Both the position numbers and the translations under genes were made by a program. Source: Leptonemataceae bacterium (lineage in GTDB: Bacteria; Spirochaetota; Leptospiria; Leptospirales; Leptonemataceae). From it: DNA of 64,000 nt. Below the pieces are notes generated by a model. That model saw only the letters and a program-made list of their open reading frames with translations. It was not told where the DNA came from and did no database searches. Below, in pieces: positions 37,233 through 46,336 of the stretch (position 1 is its first letter; every line of letters starts with the position of its first letter). The stretch is from the NCBI GenBank assembly GCA_965227295.1, contig OZ245742.1, positions 1,568,001 to 1,632,000 on the forward strand. The letters run 5' to 3'.

Positions 37233-39344
37233 TTAAGCCACATCCACCACGACGATCGTGAAGTCGTCGTCGAAGCCGCGACCGTGGTCGGCCCACTCGT
37301 GCAGCGACTCGAAGCAGCGTTCCGTAAGAGTTTCCGCAGTAAGGTTAGCGTGAAGACGCAGGAGATCGTGAAAACGATCTTCGCCGAACATTTCGCCGTC
37401 CCGATTGCGACATTCGATGATGCCGTCGGTGTACATCACCAGGCGATCGCCGGGATGCACGTCGGTTTCCATGAGGCGGTACTCGTACTCGCGCTTGATG
37501 CCGATACCGATCCCGCGCACCGAAAGTTCGCGAATGTCCGGCTCGCCCTCGGGCCGGCCGCCGTTGCGATGGTGCAGCAACACCGGCGGGTGTCCGGCCG
37601 CCGAGAGACTCAGGCGCCGGGAACGTAAGTCCAGGAATAGATACGACGCGGTCACGAAACCGTTGCTCATGCGATCGATGAGCGTGTTGTTCATGAAGTC
37701 CAGCAGGCGATCGGGGCGTCGGGCGTGCAGGTATTGGCCGGCGAAGGCGACCTTTACCATGGACGCGCCGAGGGCGGCCGGCACGCCGTGACCGCAGACA
37801 TCGGCAATGAGTACGCCCAGGCCGTCACCGGCTTCGAAAAAATCGTAGAAGTCCCCGCCGATGGCGTCCATGGGAACGTAGCGTCCGTGGACCGTGAGCC
37901 CGGGAATGCGAGGATAGTTTTCCGGCAGCGTGGCGAGCTGAATGTTCTTTGCGATGCTTAATTCTTTTTCGAGAGCGGTTAAGCGTTCCCGATCGCGCAT
38001 CATGCGGCGCAAGGAACCGGTCATAATGTTGAAGTAGCGCGTGAGCAGACCGATTTCGTCACGCATGGGAACGGGGAGGTGTACTTTCAGGTCTCCGGCG
38101 TTCACGCGTTCCATGCCCTGGAGCAACGAGTCCAGGCGTCGGGCAAAGATGCGCCGGTAGGCGAACGGCAAAAACGTAAAGACGCCGCCGGTAATGAAAA
38201 CGCTCAGGCCCATGAGCAAAGCGGCGAGTTCGTGGATCGCCTCGCGGAGTTCCAGATAGGCGAAGCCGACGCCGAAGCGCCGGCCGTCGCTGTCGAAAAC
38301 ATTCTCGAGAAAGTAGGTGGACGGGGCTTCCTGGTCCACGAAACGAATGCGCAGTTGCTGACCCCGGGCCAGTTTGAAGTCCATGACGATCAGGTCGTCC
38401 ACACTCAGACCCTGGCCGGTGTAGCGCATTACGGCGCCGTCTTCGGTGTACTCCAGGACGTAGTGGATATAGTCCGGAACGGCGCTGTAATCATCATGCC
38501 TCGCAAGATTGCCGATCAATTCGGCGGTATAGTACCGGATCTCTTCGACCTCCGATCGCGCCATGGCGAGCATGGAGGCGGAGATGGCCAGAAACAGCAA
38601 CGTACCGCCGGAAAGCGCGACGCTCAACAGGCGGTCCAGGAACGGCGTGCTTACCCGGGCATGGCCGAGGAGGGCCAGGTAAAACAACAACTGCACCAGC
38701 ATGGTGGATCCGCAGAGCAGCACGTAAAACGGCGCCCACATGGCGTCGTTCAGAAACGTGAAGACGGATACCATCGTAACAGCGAAGGTTGCCAGGGTGG
38801 CCACGGCGAAGGCAATGAACTGTTTCACGTAGCGTCGGCGAAAGAGCATTGCCTTGCGTACGATGACGATCAGGATCCAGGCCTGAGAGGCCAGGAAGAC
38901 CGTCTGTACCGGAAGCAACGCCCGGCCGGCGCCCTTGAAAAAATAAAACTGCGCCGCCACGTTAAAATGAATCGAGCGTCCGTAGGTCAGGTACACGGGA
39001 TACGCGGCCGCCGCCGTAGTGAGCAGGAGCATCAAACCCACGACGATCTTAGATTCTCTTCGGTGAATGTTAAAGGGGAAACTGTACACGAAGCCCGCGA
39101 ACACCGGGGCGATGAAGAAAACAGTCAGCACGCCGTACATGGAGTAGGCCGCCCAGGGGGCCAGGAAGGACGTGCCGATCATGTAAGCGATGTTGAAGAC
39201 GAGCCAGATTACGAAATAGGCGATGAGATAGCCCCGGGCCTCCAGGCGCGAGCGCATGCGCAGAAGGAAGTACAGGAAGGTCGCCGCCAGTAAAGCGACG
39301 GTGAAGAAGCCGGCGGATGGATACGTAAGGTACAGCGCTTCCAT
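37233..39344 (-). CDS. Membrane-bound HAMP + SpoIIE (PP2C-type) phosphatase
   Basis: Multiple N-terminal TMs; HAMP (RDEIGLL..YFN.M); IGGDFYDF, IADVCGHG, AGHPP, YTDGI and DDFT. Confidence 0.93.
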   Translation of the reverse strand: MEALYLTYPSAGFFTVALLAATFLYFLLRMRSRLEARGYLIAYFVIWLVFNIAYMIGTSFLAPWAAYSMYGVLTVFFIAPVFAGFVYSFPFNIHRRESKIVVGLMLLLTTAAAAYPVYLTYGRSIHFNVAAQFYFFKGAGRALLPVQTVFLASQAWILIVIVRKAMLFRRRYVKQFIAFAVATLATFAVTMVSVFTFLNDAMWAPFYVLLCGSTMLVQLLFYLALLGHARVSTPFLDRLLSVALSGGTLLFLAISASMLAMARSEVEEIRYYTAELIGNLARHDDYSAVPDYIHYVLEYTEDGAVMRYTGQGLSVDDLIVMDFKLARGQQLRIRFVDQEAPSTYFLENVFDSDGRRFGVGFAYLELREAIHELAALLMGLSVFITGGVFTFLPFAYRRIFARRLDSLLQGMERVNAGDLKVHLPVPMRDEIGLLTRYFNIMTGSLRRMMRDRERLTALEKELSIAKNIQLATLPENYPRIPGLTVHGRYVPMDAIGGDFYDFFEAGDGLGVLIADVCGHGVPAALGASMVKVAFAGQYLHARRPDRLLDFMNNTLIDRMSNGFVTASYLFLDLRSRRLSLSAAGHPPVLLHHRNGGRPEGEPDIRELSVRGIGIGIKREYEYRLMETDVHPGDRLVMYTDGIIECRNRDGEMFGEDRFHDLLRLHANLTAETLTERCFESLHEWADHGRGFDDDFTIVVVDVA

Positions 39345-39421
39345 ACTGGATGAAGCGGTGCGGGAAACGCCGGCCGGATTTTGGTGGCCGGAGGCGTTCC
39401 TCGCGCGAATGTGTCCATGCT

Positions 39422-39661
39422 GTGGATGCCTTCCAGAAAATCCTCGATCTTTTTCGTCGCCACGATGTGGGCGCGGGCTCCGTTCTCGCGAAACAACACC
39501 TGACGGACGAGATCATGAGCTGGCCGCCGGAGCAAAAGATGAAGATGCGTGACGCCTGGCATCGCCTCGTTGGCGAAGGTTACGTCATAGAAGGTGATCC
39601 CCGCGGGCCCACGCTTACGCCGAAAGGCCGGGCCGCTGTGGACCAGCTCCCGCCGTCCTGA
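39422..39661 (+). CDS. Small hypothetical protein (possible winged-helix fold)
   Basis: Protein-like frame ending LVGEGYV...LTPKG; start uncertain. Confidence 0.5.
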   Translation: MDAFQKILDLFRRHDVGAGSVLAKQHLTDEIMSWPPEQKMKMRDAWHRLVGEGYVIEGDPRGPTLTPKGRAAVDQLPPS

Positions 39662-39900
39662 CCACGAATACCGTGTGCATCATTTCCCCGGGCTCATCCT
39701 GGCCACATCTCACCAATAAATCTGCCTACAAAACGTGCATTCATGGATTTTTTTGTGCTCCGCACTAAAAAATCACGTTCGTGCCACGGCCTCGTAAAGA
39801 ATTCTGCCGTATATATCAGTATATACAAGGTCTCAGCCGAGCACCGGGCCCTGCCTTCGACAAACGAGATCGAGGGTGTGGAGCGCCGGAAGGAGGTGCT

Positions 39901-40104
39901 ATGCTGACTCAAACTGAACAGACGGATACGAGAAACGGATCGATCGACATCCTGCTCGAACGCATCGGGCATCTGGAAGAAGAACTGCGGTCGATCAACG
40001 ACATCGCGGCCATGGCCAATCGCTCCATCCGCTCCCAGCGCTACGAAGAGCTGGAAGATTACCGGCAAATGCTGGAAGAACGCCTGCACGGGCCGGCGGC
40101 GTAA
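39901..40104 (+). CDS. Small helical hypothetical protein
   Basis: AGGAGGT RBS before ATG 39901; coiled-coil-like sequence. Confidence 0.65.
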   Translation: MLTQTEQTDTRNGSIDILLERIGHLEEELRSINDIAAMANRSIRSQRYEELEDYRQMLEERLHGPAA

Positions 40105-40140
40105 AGCTTGCCGTCGGTGCCGGGCGGCCTAAAACAAGGT

Positions 40141-41475
40141 ATGTCACGGTGTACCTTGCGGGTCCTCGTCGCCACTCCCATCTTCATCGCTGCTCTCGCG
40201 GCGGTGCAGGCTCCCCTTCGCTCCGATTCCAGCACGACCTGGAATCGCCTCTACTCCAACGAAGCTTCCGCTACGTCGTTCCTGAAGAATAACTGGAACA
40301 AGTACACGGAGAACTATCATCCGAATTACGCCCTCGACGATCGGCCCGAGACGGCCTGGGTCGAAGGCGTGGAGGGCCACGGGGAACAGCAGAATCTCAT
40401 GTACCGTGTCTCGCCGCTGTCGGTGAAACTTTCGATTCGCAACGGTTACCAGAAGTCGAAGGCGCTCTTTGCGAAGAACTCCATGCCGAAGGACGTGATC
40501 GTTTCGTTGCACGCCCCGGGCATGCAAACCGTCGCCGAGAAGAAGTTTACCCTCCAGAAAAAGTGGGGCTTCCAGGACGTGTCGCTGCCGATTCCAGAAG
40601 AGCGCGGTTTCGCGTTTGTAAAGGTGACGGTACTTTCTGTTTACCCGGGGTCCACGTACGCGGATACCTGCGTTTCGGATATCCGCACGTTTGTGGATTC
40701 GCAGGTCGCCTACAATGCCGACGTGGAACTCGCGAAGCAGAAGCAACTCGATGCGTGGGTGAAGGAACGCTTTCAAACGGCGAAGTACTTCGCGGCCTTG
40801 CCGAAGGAGTATCCGTTTGCGGGTACGCAGTTTGATCGGCATACTGCTGCGATGAGCAGCGACGCCCAGGCGACGTTTGCGAGCAAACGCAAGGAGCTTG
40901 CCGCGATTCAGGAGAGACTGCGCGGTTCGAAGAAATGGTATCGCTGGGTGGCCGCCGACCAGATCAAATTACCGGATGGGCTCTGGCGCGTGGAGGATCT
41001 GGGACGGTTTCTGCGGCTTGAAAATCTGTCCTTCTTCGAACCCAGGGATAATGTCGAGTTACGTGAACACGTTCGTTCGGCCGCGAACAAGGATTTTGAA
41101 TTGGGCGAGGCGGAGCGATGGGTCAGCAACATTAAACAGGAAGCGGTTTCCGGTACGGACAGTACTCCGCGCTATCTGTACTTCTGGCATAAGGCTATCC
41201 ATGAAGAGCGGACCGTCTATGTAACGATGAGCCACTATCTTCTTGAGTATGATCAGAAAGGTCGTCTGATCCGATATTTTCTGACGCGGAACTTCGATGA
41301 TCGAGGCGAGCACATGCCCGGGGGCACGACGGAGTTAATAAAGGTGGTCCGATTTCAATGGATCGGGGGGCGGATCGCAAAAATCCTGGTAGAGGAAATG
41401 GAGGAATCGCGCCGGGTGACGGGGTCCGAGACAACAACCAGTTACCGCGTCAGTGCTTACAGTCCGGATACATGA
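40141..41475 (+). CDS. Secreted protein with N-terminal discoidin/galactose-binding-like domain
   Basis: Signal peptide; YHPNYALD..PETAWVEG..G.GE, IRNGYQKS and VYPGS.Y.DTCVSDI. Confidence 0.7.
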   Translation: MSRCTLRVLVATPIFIAALAAVQAPLRSDSSTTWNRLYSNEASATSFLKNNWNKYTENYHPNYALDDRPETAWVEGVEGHGEQQNLMYRVSPLSVKLSIRNGYQKSKALFAKNSMPKDVIVSLHAPGMQTVAEKKFTLQKKWGFQDVSLPIPEERGFAFVKVTVLSVYPGSTYADTCVSDIRTFVDSQVAYNADVELAKQKQLDAWVKERFQTAKYFAALPKEYPFAGTQFDRHTAAMSSDAQATFASKRKELAAIQERLRGSKKWYRWVAADQIKLPDGLWRVEDLGRFLRLENLSFFEPRDNVELREHVRSAANKDFELGEAERWVSNIKQEAVSGTDSTPRYLYFWHKAIHEERTVYVTMSHYLLEYDQKGRLIRYFLTRNFDDRGEHMPGGTTELIKVVRFQWIGGRIAKILVEEMEESRRVTGSETTTSYRVSAYSPDT

Positions 41476-42617
41476 AGCTACGCCGGCTGATGCGACGGCC
41501 CGCCGCTCTCACCGCCGCAATCCTCGCCGCCGGCATGGTGGGCGGTGCTCTGGTGGCCGATCACACCGGCCTGGCATTCCTGGGTTTCTCTCGCGGCCTC
41601 AAGTCCTTAGATGTCAATCAAAGTACCTTAGCGCCGGCCGAATCCCTGCGCGCGGAAGATTGCGGCAGTTGCCACCAGGATGTCTACACGGACTGGCGGA
41701 CCACCCGTCACGCCGTCGCCTGGACCAACGACGTCTTCCAGGACGGCTTCCGCGCCGATCAGCGTGATACCTGCGTCTATTGCCATGCGCCGCTCAAAGA
41801 ACAAAGCGCCGAGATCTTTGCGAACTGGAAGTACTACGCCGATCACCGGCCGCCGTTCGCGCAACTGGCCATGCCGCCGGGGACCGATCTCGCGCGCGAG
41901 GGCGTGAACTGCGCGGTCTGCCATCTGCGCGACGGCAAGATCCTTACCGCCAACGCCGAACAGCGCAGCCTGGCCCACGACTTTCGGTACGAGCCGCGCC
42001 TGAACGACGGCTCGTTCTGCGCGAACTGCCACGAATTCAACTTTCCCGTGTTTTACCAGGGCAAGGTCGCCGGCGAAACTGAAACGCCCATGCAGACGAC
42101 GTTCACGGAATGGCGCAACTATTCCGCGACGGCGCGGGCGGTCGGTCGTCCCGTCAAGAACTGTCGCGGCTGTCACATGCCCGGCGATCGACATACGTTT
42201 CGCGGCGCTCACGATCTTAAGTTGCTTAAAAGCTCCATCAAGATCGAGGCGATCCGCATGCAGGGCGCGTGCCGGTTCATTCTGCGTTCGATGAACACCG
42301 GCCACGAGAATCCCACCGGTGATTTGTTTCGCCACTACACCCTGGAGACGGCCGCGGACGGGACGACCTTTCGTTCGGTCTATCGCGTCGGCCGCTTGTT
42401 TCGCAATGAGGCGACGACGGACGGTCGTATCGTTACGCGCCTGGCCGAGAACACGGCGTTGCGCCCGTTCGAAGAACGGTTGGTTCTCGTGCCCTGCGAG
42501 CCGCACGAACCGCTGGCGTGGCGCCTGCGTTATCACTACACTTCGGAGAAAGACGAAATCCGCGGCGGGTTGCCCCTGGATCGAACCATCGTCACGATAG
42601 CGGACGGTTTTCTGTAA
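41472..42617 (+). CDS. Multiheme c-type cytochrome (5 CxxCH, c554-like)
   Basis: CGSCH, CVYCH, CAVCH, CANCH and CRGCH; N-terminal export signal; ATGA overlap with the upstream gene. Confidence 0.9.
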   Translation: MKLRRLMRRPAALTAAILAAGMVGGALVADHTGLAFLGFSRGLKSLDVNQSTLAPAESLRAEDCGSCHQDVYTDWRTTRHAVAWTNDVFQDGFRADQRDTCVYCHAPLKEQSAEIFANWKYYADHRPPFAQLAMPPGTDLAREGVNCAVCHLRDGKILTANAEQRSLAHDFRYEPRLNDGSFCANCHEFNFPVFYQGKVAGETETPMQTTFTEWRNYSATARAVGRPVKNCRGCHMPGDRHTFRGAHDLKLLKSSIKIEAIRMQGACRFILRSMNTGHENPTGDLFRHYTLETAADGTTFRSVYRVGRLFRNEATTDGRIVTRLAENTALRPFEERLVLVPCEPHEPLAWRLRYHYTSEKDEIRGGLPLDRTIVTIADGFL

Positions 42618-42641
42618 GCGCTAACATCTTGTAAGATGTGA

Positions 42642-43433
42642 TTAGCCGAAGCGCACGGACCGCATGGAGATGGAGGCGTTCTGCATGCCCTCGCAGGGGA
42701 ACGTCACGCTTTCACCGGGATGGGCCGTGCCGAGGACGTAGAGCAGCGGGATGTAATGATCCGGCGTCGGCACGGACATCGTGGCCGCTTCGCCCAGGTT
42801 TTCGTAGAACTGCGCCGACTTGAGTGCGCTCCATTCCCCGCCGGCGAGTTTGTCGCGCACGGCCTCGTCGAACCTGGTCGCCCAATCGAAGGGCTCCGGT
42901 TCTCCGCGCCACACGATCTGCCGGAGGTTGTGCACGATGTTGCCGCTGCCCACGATCAACACGCCCTGATCGCGTAGCGCCGTCAGCGCCGCGCCGATTT
43001 CCAGGTGGTACTCGAAGGGAGCCATCATGTCGTAGCTGAGTTGCAGGCATGGGATCTGCGCATCCGGAAGCATGTGAATCAATACCGACCAGGCCCCGTG
43101 ATCCAGGCCGCGCTCGAGGTCGAGGCCGGCGTCGAAGCGATCCAGGGCGCGTTTGACTTCGCCGGCCAGGTCGGGATTGCCGGGGGCGGGGTACTTCACC
43201 TGGAAGAGTTCGTCCGGGAATCCATAGAAGTCGTAGATCGTCTCCGGTTCCGCCGTCGCCGTAATCTGCGGCGGGAAGTTTTGCGTGTACCAGTGCGCCG
43301 AGATCATCAACACGGCGCGTGTGTCTTCGCGCAGCTCGTCGCCGAGTTTGCGCCAGGCGCGGGTGTATTCGTTATCGGCAAGGGCGTTCATCGGCGAACC
43401 ATGGCCGACAAAGAGGGCGGGGAGACGGGACAT
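42642..43433 (-). CDS. ygiD: 4,5-DOPA extradiol dioxygenase
   Basis: FVGHGSPMNA, ISAHW, YDFYGFP, GLDHGAW, GSGNIVHNL and PTPDHYIPL. Confidence 0.93.
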   Translation of the reverse strand: MSRLPALFVGHGSPMNALADNEYTRAWRKLGDELREDTRAVLMISAHWYTQNFPPQITATAEPETIYDFYGFPDELFQVKYPAPGNPDLAGEVKRALDRFDAGLDLERGLDHGAWSVLIHMLPDAQIPCLQLSYDMMAPFEYHLEIGAALTALRDQGVLIVGSGNIVHNLRQIVWRGEPEPFDWATRFDEAVRDKLAGGEWSALKSAQFYENLGEAATMSVPTPDHYIPLLYVLGTAHPGESVTFPCEGMQNASISMRSVRFG

Positions 43434-43456
43434 AGTTCCAGTATAAAAAAGAATTA

Positions 43457-43567
43457 ACTCCGAGGACCGAGGTTTCGAGTTTTTTTCCGGAGGGTGATCG
43501 TAACGGAATGATGCTCGGCGTACGATCGCTCTCGTGAGTCTTTTCTCGGCTCCTCGGTCCTCGGAGT
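43457..43567. repeat. Intergenic inverted-repeat element (REP/MITE-like), copy 2
   Basis: ACTCCGAGGACCGAGG (43457-43472) and CCTCGGTCCTCGGAGT (43552-43567) form a perfect 16-bp inverted repeat. Confidence 0.82.
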
Positions 43568-43585
43568 AGAATGATCTTACGCCTT

Positions 43586-45004
43586 CTATTCCGGCGGCGC
43601 CTGGTCCGCGGCTTTCGCCTGCGCTTCCTCGGCCACGCGTCCAAGGAACTCCGGTAAATCCACGCCGGCCATGCTCGCCACCTCGTGCAGCGGCGGCAGG
43701 CTCTTAATCAACGATGAAGCAAAGTTAGCCGTGGACGACGAGTCTCCGTTGCCGGAATCCCAGACGGTGACCTTGTCGATCTTGAGGTTCTTGATGGCCT
43801 CGACCTGGGTCTTCACGATCTCCTCGATCTTTTCGATCATGAGCAGGGTGGCCGCGGCCCGGGCGTCGCCGGCGGCCCCGGCCACGAGGTCGCGGTAACC
43901 CTCGGCCTTGCTCGCGAGCACCTGTTTGATGCCCTCGGCTTCCGCCTGGTACTTCGCAAGAATCGCGTCGGCCTGGCCGCGGGCTTCCCGGCGGGTTTTC
44001 TCGGCTTCGGCCTCCGCGGCAATCTCCACTTTGCGCCGTTCAATTTCTTCGCGGACAACCTCCGCGGCCGTGAGACGCTGCTCCTCGGTTTTCGCCCGGG
44101 CGCGTTCGATTTCCTCTTCGGATTTGTAGCGGGCCACCTCGCCTTCCTGGCGGGCGGCGGCTTCTTTGACGGCGAGCTGCGCGTTCGCGTCGGCGATGTT
44201 CGCCTTGGATTTGTTTTCCCCGCCGACGGCCTCGGACTCCCGCTCCTGAACGTAGATGCGCTGATCGGCCTCGGCTTTCTTGCGGCCCTTCTCAGCCTCC
44301 GCCAGGTTTTCCGCGACCTTGATTTCTTTTTCGCGGGTGGCCTCGGCCTCACCGATGGCGCCGAGTTTGTCCTGGTTGGCGACGTCGATCTTCGCGCGGT
44401 TGATGGCCTCGGACGCGGCCTTCTTACCCAGCGACTGGATGTAGTCTGATTCGTCCGTAATGTCCGTTATGTTAACGTTAATGAGGTAAAGGCCGATCTT
44501 GTTCAGCTCCGGCTCGACGTTCTTACGAATGCTTTCGAGGAACGACTCGCGATCCTGGTTGATCTGCTCAATCGTAAGCGAAGCTACCGTGAGCCGGAGC
44601 TGACCGAAGATGATTTCCCGCGCCATGTCTTCGATCTGCTCCGGCGCGAGCCCCAGCAGACGCTCGGCGGCGTTTTGCATGATGCTGGGCTGCGTGCTGA
44701 TGCCCACGGTAAACGTCGACGGCACGTCGATGCGGATGTTCTGCTGCGATAGCGCGTTCTTCAGTGGAATGCTGAGCGTATGCGGCGTGAGACTGAGATA
44801 GGCGTAGTCCTGGATCAGCGGCCAGACCAGCGTGCCGCCGCCGTGGATACAATTGGCGGACTGGCCGGCCCCGACCTTACCGTAGATGACGAGGATTTGA
44901 TCCGACGGGCAGCGCTTGTAGCGCGAGGCCAGAAAGACAAGCGTGGAAAATACGAGAACGATGAAGGCCAGCGCGGCCAGGACCCAGAAACCGAAACCAA
45001 ACAT
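43586..45004 (-). CDS. Flotillin/SPFH-domain protein
   Basis: N-terminal TM, SRYKRCPSD, AAERLL, GQLR...LTIEQINQDR and an AEA-rich coiled coil. Confidence 0.92.
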   Translation of the reverse strand: MFGFGFWVLAALAFIVLVFSTLVFLASRYKRCPSDQILVIYGKVGAGQSANCIHGGGTLVWPLIQDYAYLSLTPHTLSIPLKNALSQQNIRIDVPSTFTVGISTQPSIMQNAAERLLGLAPEQIEDMAREIIFGQLRLTVASLTIEQINQDRESFLESIRKNVEPELNKIGLYLINVNITDITDESDYIQSLGKKAASEAINRAKIDVANQDKLGAIGEAEATREKEIKVAENLAEAEKGRKKAEADQRIYVQERESEAVGGENKSKANIADANAQLAVKEAAARQEGEVARYKSEEEIERARAKTEEQRLTAAEVVREEIERRKVEIAAEAEAEKTRREARGQADAILAKYQAEAEGIKQVLASKAEGYRDLVAGAAGDARAAATLLMIEKIEEIVKTQVEAIKNLKIDKVTVWDSGNGDSSSTANFASSLIKSLPPLHEVASMAGVDLPEFLGRVAEEAQAKAADQAPPE

Positions 45005-45049
45005 GTGTATCTCCTGAAGGCGCACGATGTCGCCGTCTATACCATCAAC

Positions 45050-45643
45050 CTAAACTCTTTTTACGATCAACAAATTATCGCCGATGGCGCGGACCACCTG
45101 CACCGGTTCCCCCGTGGGAATCTCCGTGCGAGTCTCCGACTGCGCGTCGAAGATCTTTAAGTGACCCTGCACGGCGACCTCGACCTGGCCGGTGGCGCCG
45201 CCGGGCGGGATGCGCAGATAGATGCGACCCTGGGCGCCCACGGCGTTTTGCAAATTCATGGTGCCCGAGGATTGCAGGCCCACCACCATGGCGAAGATCT
45301 TCGCGATGACATAGACCGCGGCCATGCCCGCCGCAAGCGCCGCGGGGACTGAAGCCACGGCGGGGAACGGACTCTGGTGCAACATGCCCAGACCCACGAG
45401 GCCGAAGATCAAAAAGAAAGCGCTGAGTCCCTGGAGCGACAGGATCTTGAAGCTCACATCGCTGCCGGCATCGAAGGGATCGTCCCCGAGATCGGCGTCG
45501 GCGCCGCTGAAATCGCCGCCCGCGTCCAGTTCGCCGTTCACGTCGCCGCCGATAAAGGAAATTGCCGTGCGCACGACGAATAACGCGCCGCCGCCGACGG
45601 CACTGAGTAAGTACAGATTGTGTAAAGTTAGGTATTCCAGCAT
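45050..45643 (-). CDS. NfeD-like membrane protein (flotillin partner)
   Basis: TM segments followed by a C-terminal OB fold (VGAQGRIYLRIP...GQVEV); lies directly upstream of flotillin. Confidence 0.85.
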   Translation of the reverse strand: MLEYLTLHNLYLLSAVGGGALFVVRTAISFIGGDVNGELDAGGDFSGADADLGDDPFDAGSDVSFKILSLQGLSAFFLIFGLVGLGMLHQSPFPAVASVPAALAAGMAAVYVIAKIFAMVVGLQSSGTMNLQNAVGAQGRIYLRIPPGGATGQVEVAVQGHLKIFDAQSETRTEIPTGEPVQVVRAIGDNLLIVKRV

Positions 45644-46233
45644 TAGTCGAACAAAGACCTTACAGGGAAGTTAAGATTGCCGGGCGTCGGTACGGCGTCT
45701 TTGATTCCGTAGCCGATCATTTCACCGTAGGTGCGCTTTTTCGGAATCGGCCGCCGGTAGACTTCGACGCTCCGTTCTTTTGCGAGCACGATCCAGTACT
45801 CGGGCACGCCGGCTTCCGCGTAGATGCCCGTCTTCGCGCGGTCCAGCTCGGGGGCGTCGACGGCGACTTCCACAATCAGTTCCGCGGAAGTCGGATGCGC
45901 GGCGACGAATTCTTTCGGGTCCGTCCCGGATACCACGGACACATCCGGCTCCGGTTCGGAGTCACCCAGGGTGAGTGGTCCTTCTTTGCGAACTAAATAT
46001 GGTTTATCGCGCAATCCTTCGTATAAGAACGTGAAGACTTCGCGGGCCACGTGTTCATGCAGCGGTGATTTGGGCATGTGCTGGTAGACCAGTCCTTCCA
46101 GGAGTTCGCAGTGATCCGGGATGAGACCGCGTGCAATGTTCCGGTGGTACTCGTCTACGGAGATGCGGCGCAGTTGTGCTCTGGCGGATGGGAGGTCCAG
46201 GAGGGGCGGGGCTGTGGCGACCGCGGGGCTCAT
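45643..46233 (-). CDS. Uma2-family endonuclease
   Basis: RRISVDEYH, ELLEG, SEPEPD, LIVEVA and K..IYAEAGVPEYWIV. Confidence 0.92.
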   Translation of the reverse strand: MSPAVATAPPLLDLPSARAQLRRISVDEYHRNIARGLIPDHCELLEGLVYQHMPKSPLHEHVAREVFTFLYEGLRDKPYLVRKEGPLTLGDSEPEPDVSVVSGTDPKEFVAAHPTSAELIVEVAVDAPELDRAKTGIYAEAGVPEYWIVLAKERSVEVYRRPIPKKRTYGEMIGYGIKDAVPTPGNLNFPVRSLFD

Positions 46234-46336
46234 ACATCCATAATGACACCCGCTTCGTTCGGCCTGTCAATCCTTTCCGCCGATCGAACCGGGCATTTTT
46301 GTCCTCCGAACTGAGGACGCCGGCAAGGTCCGCGCC

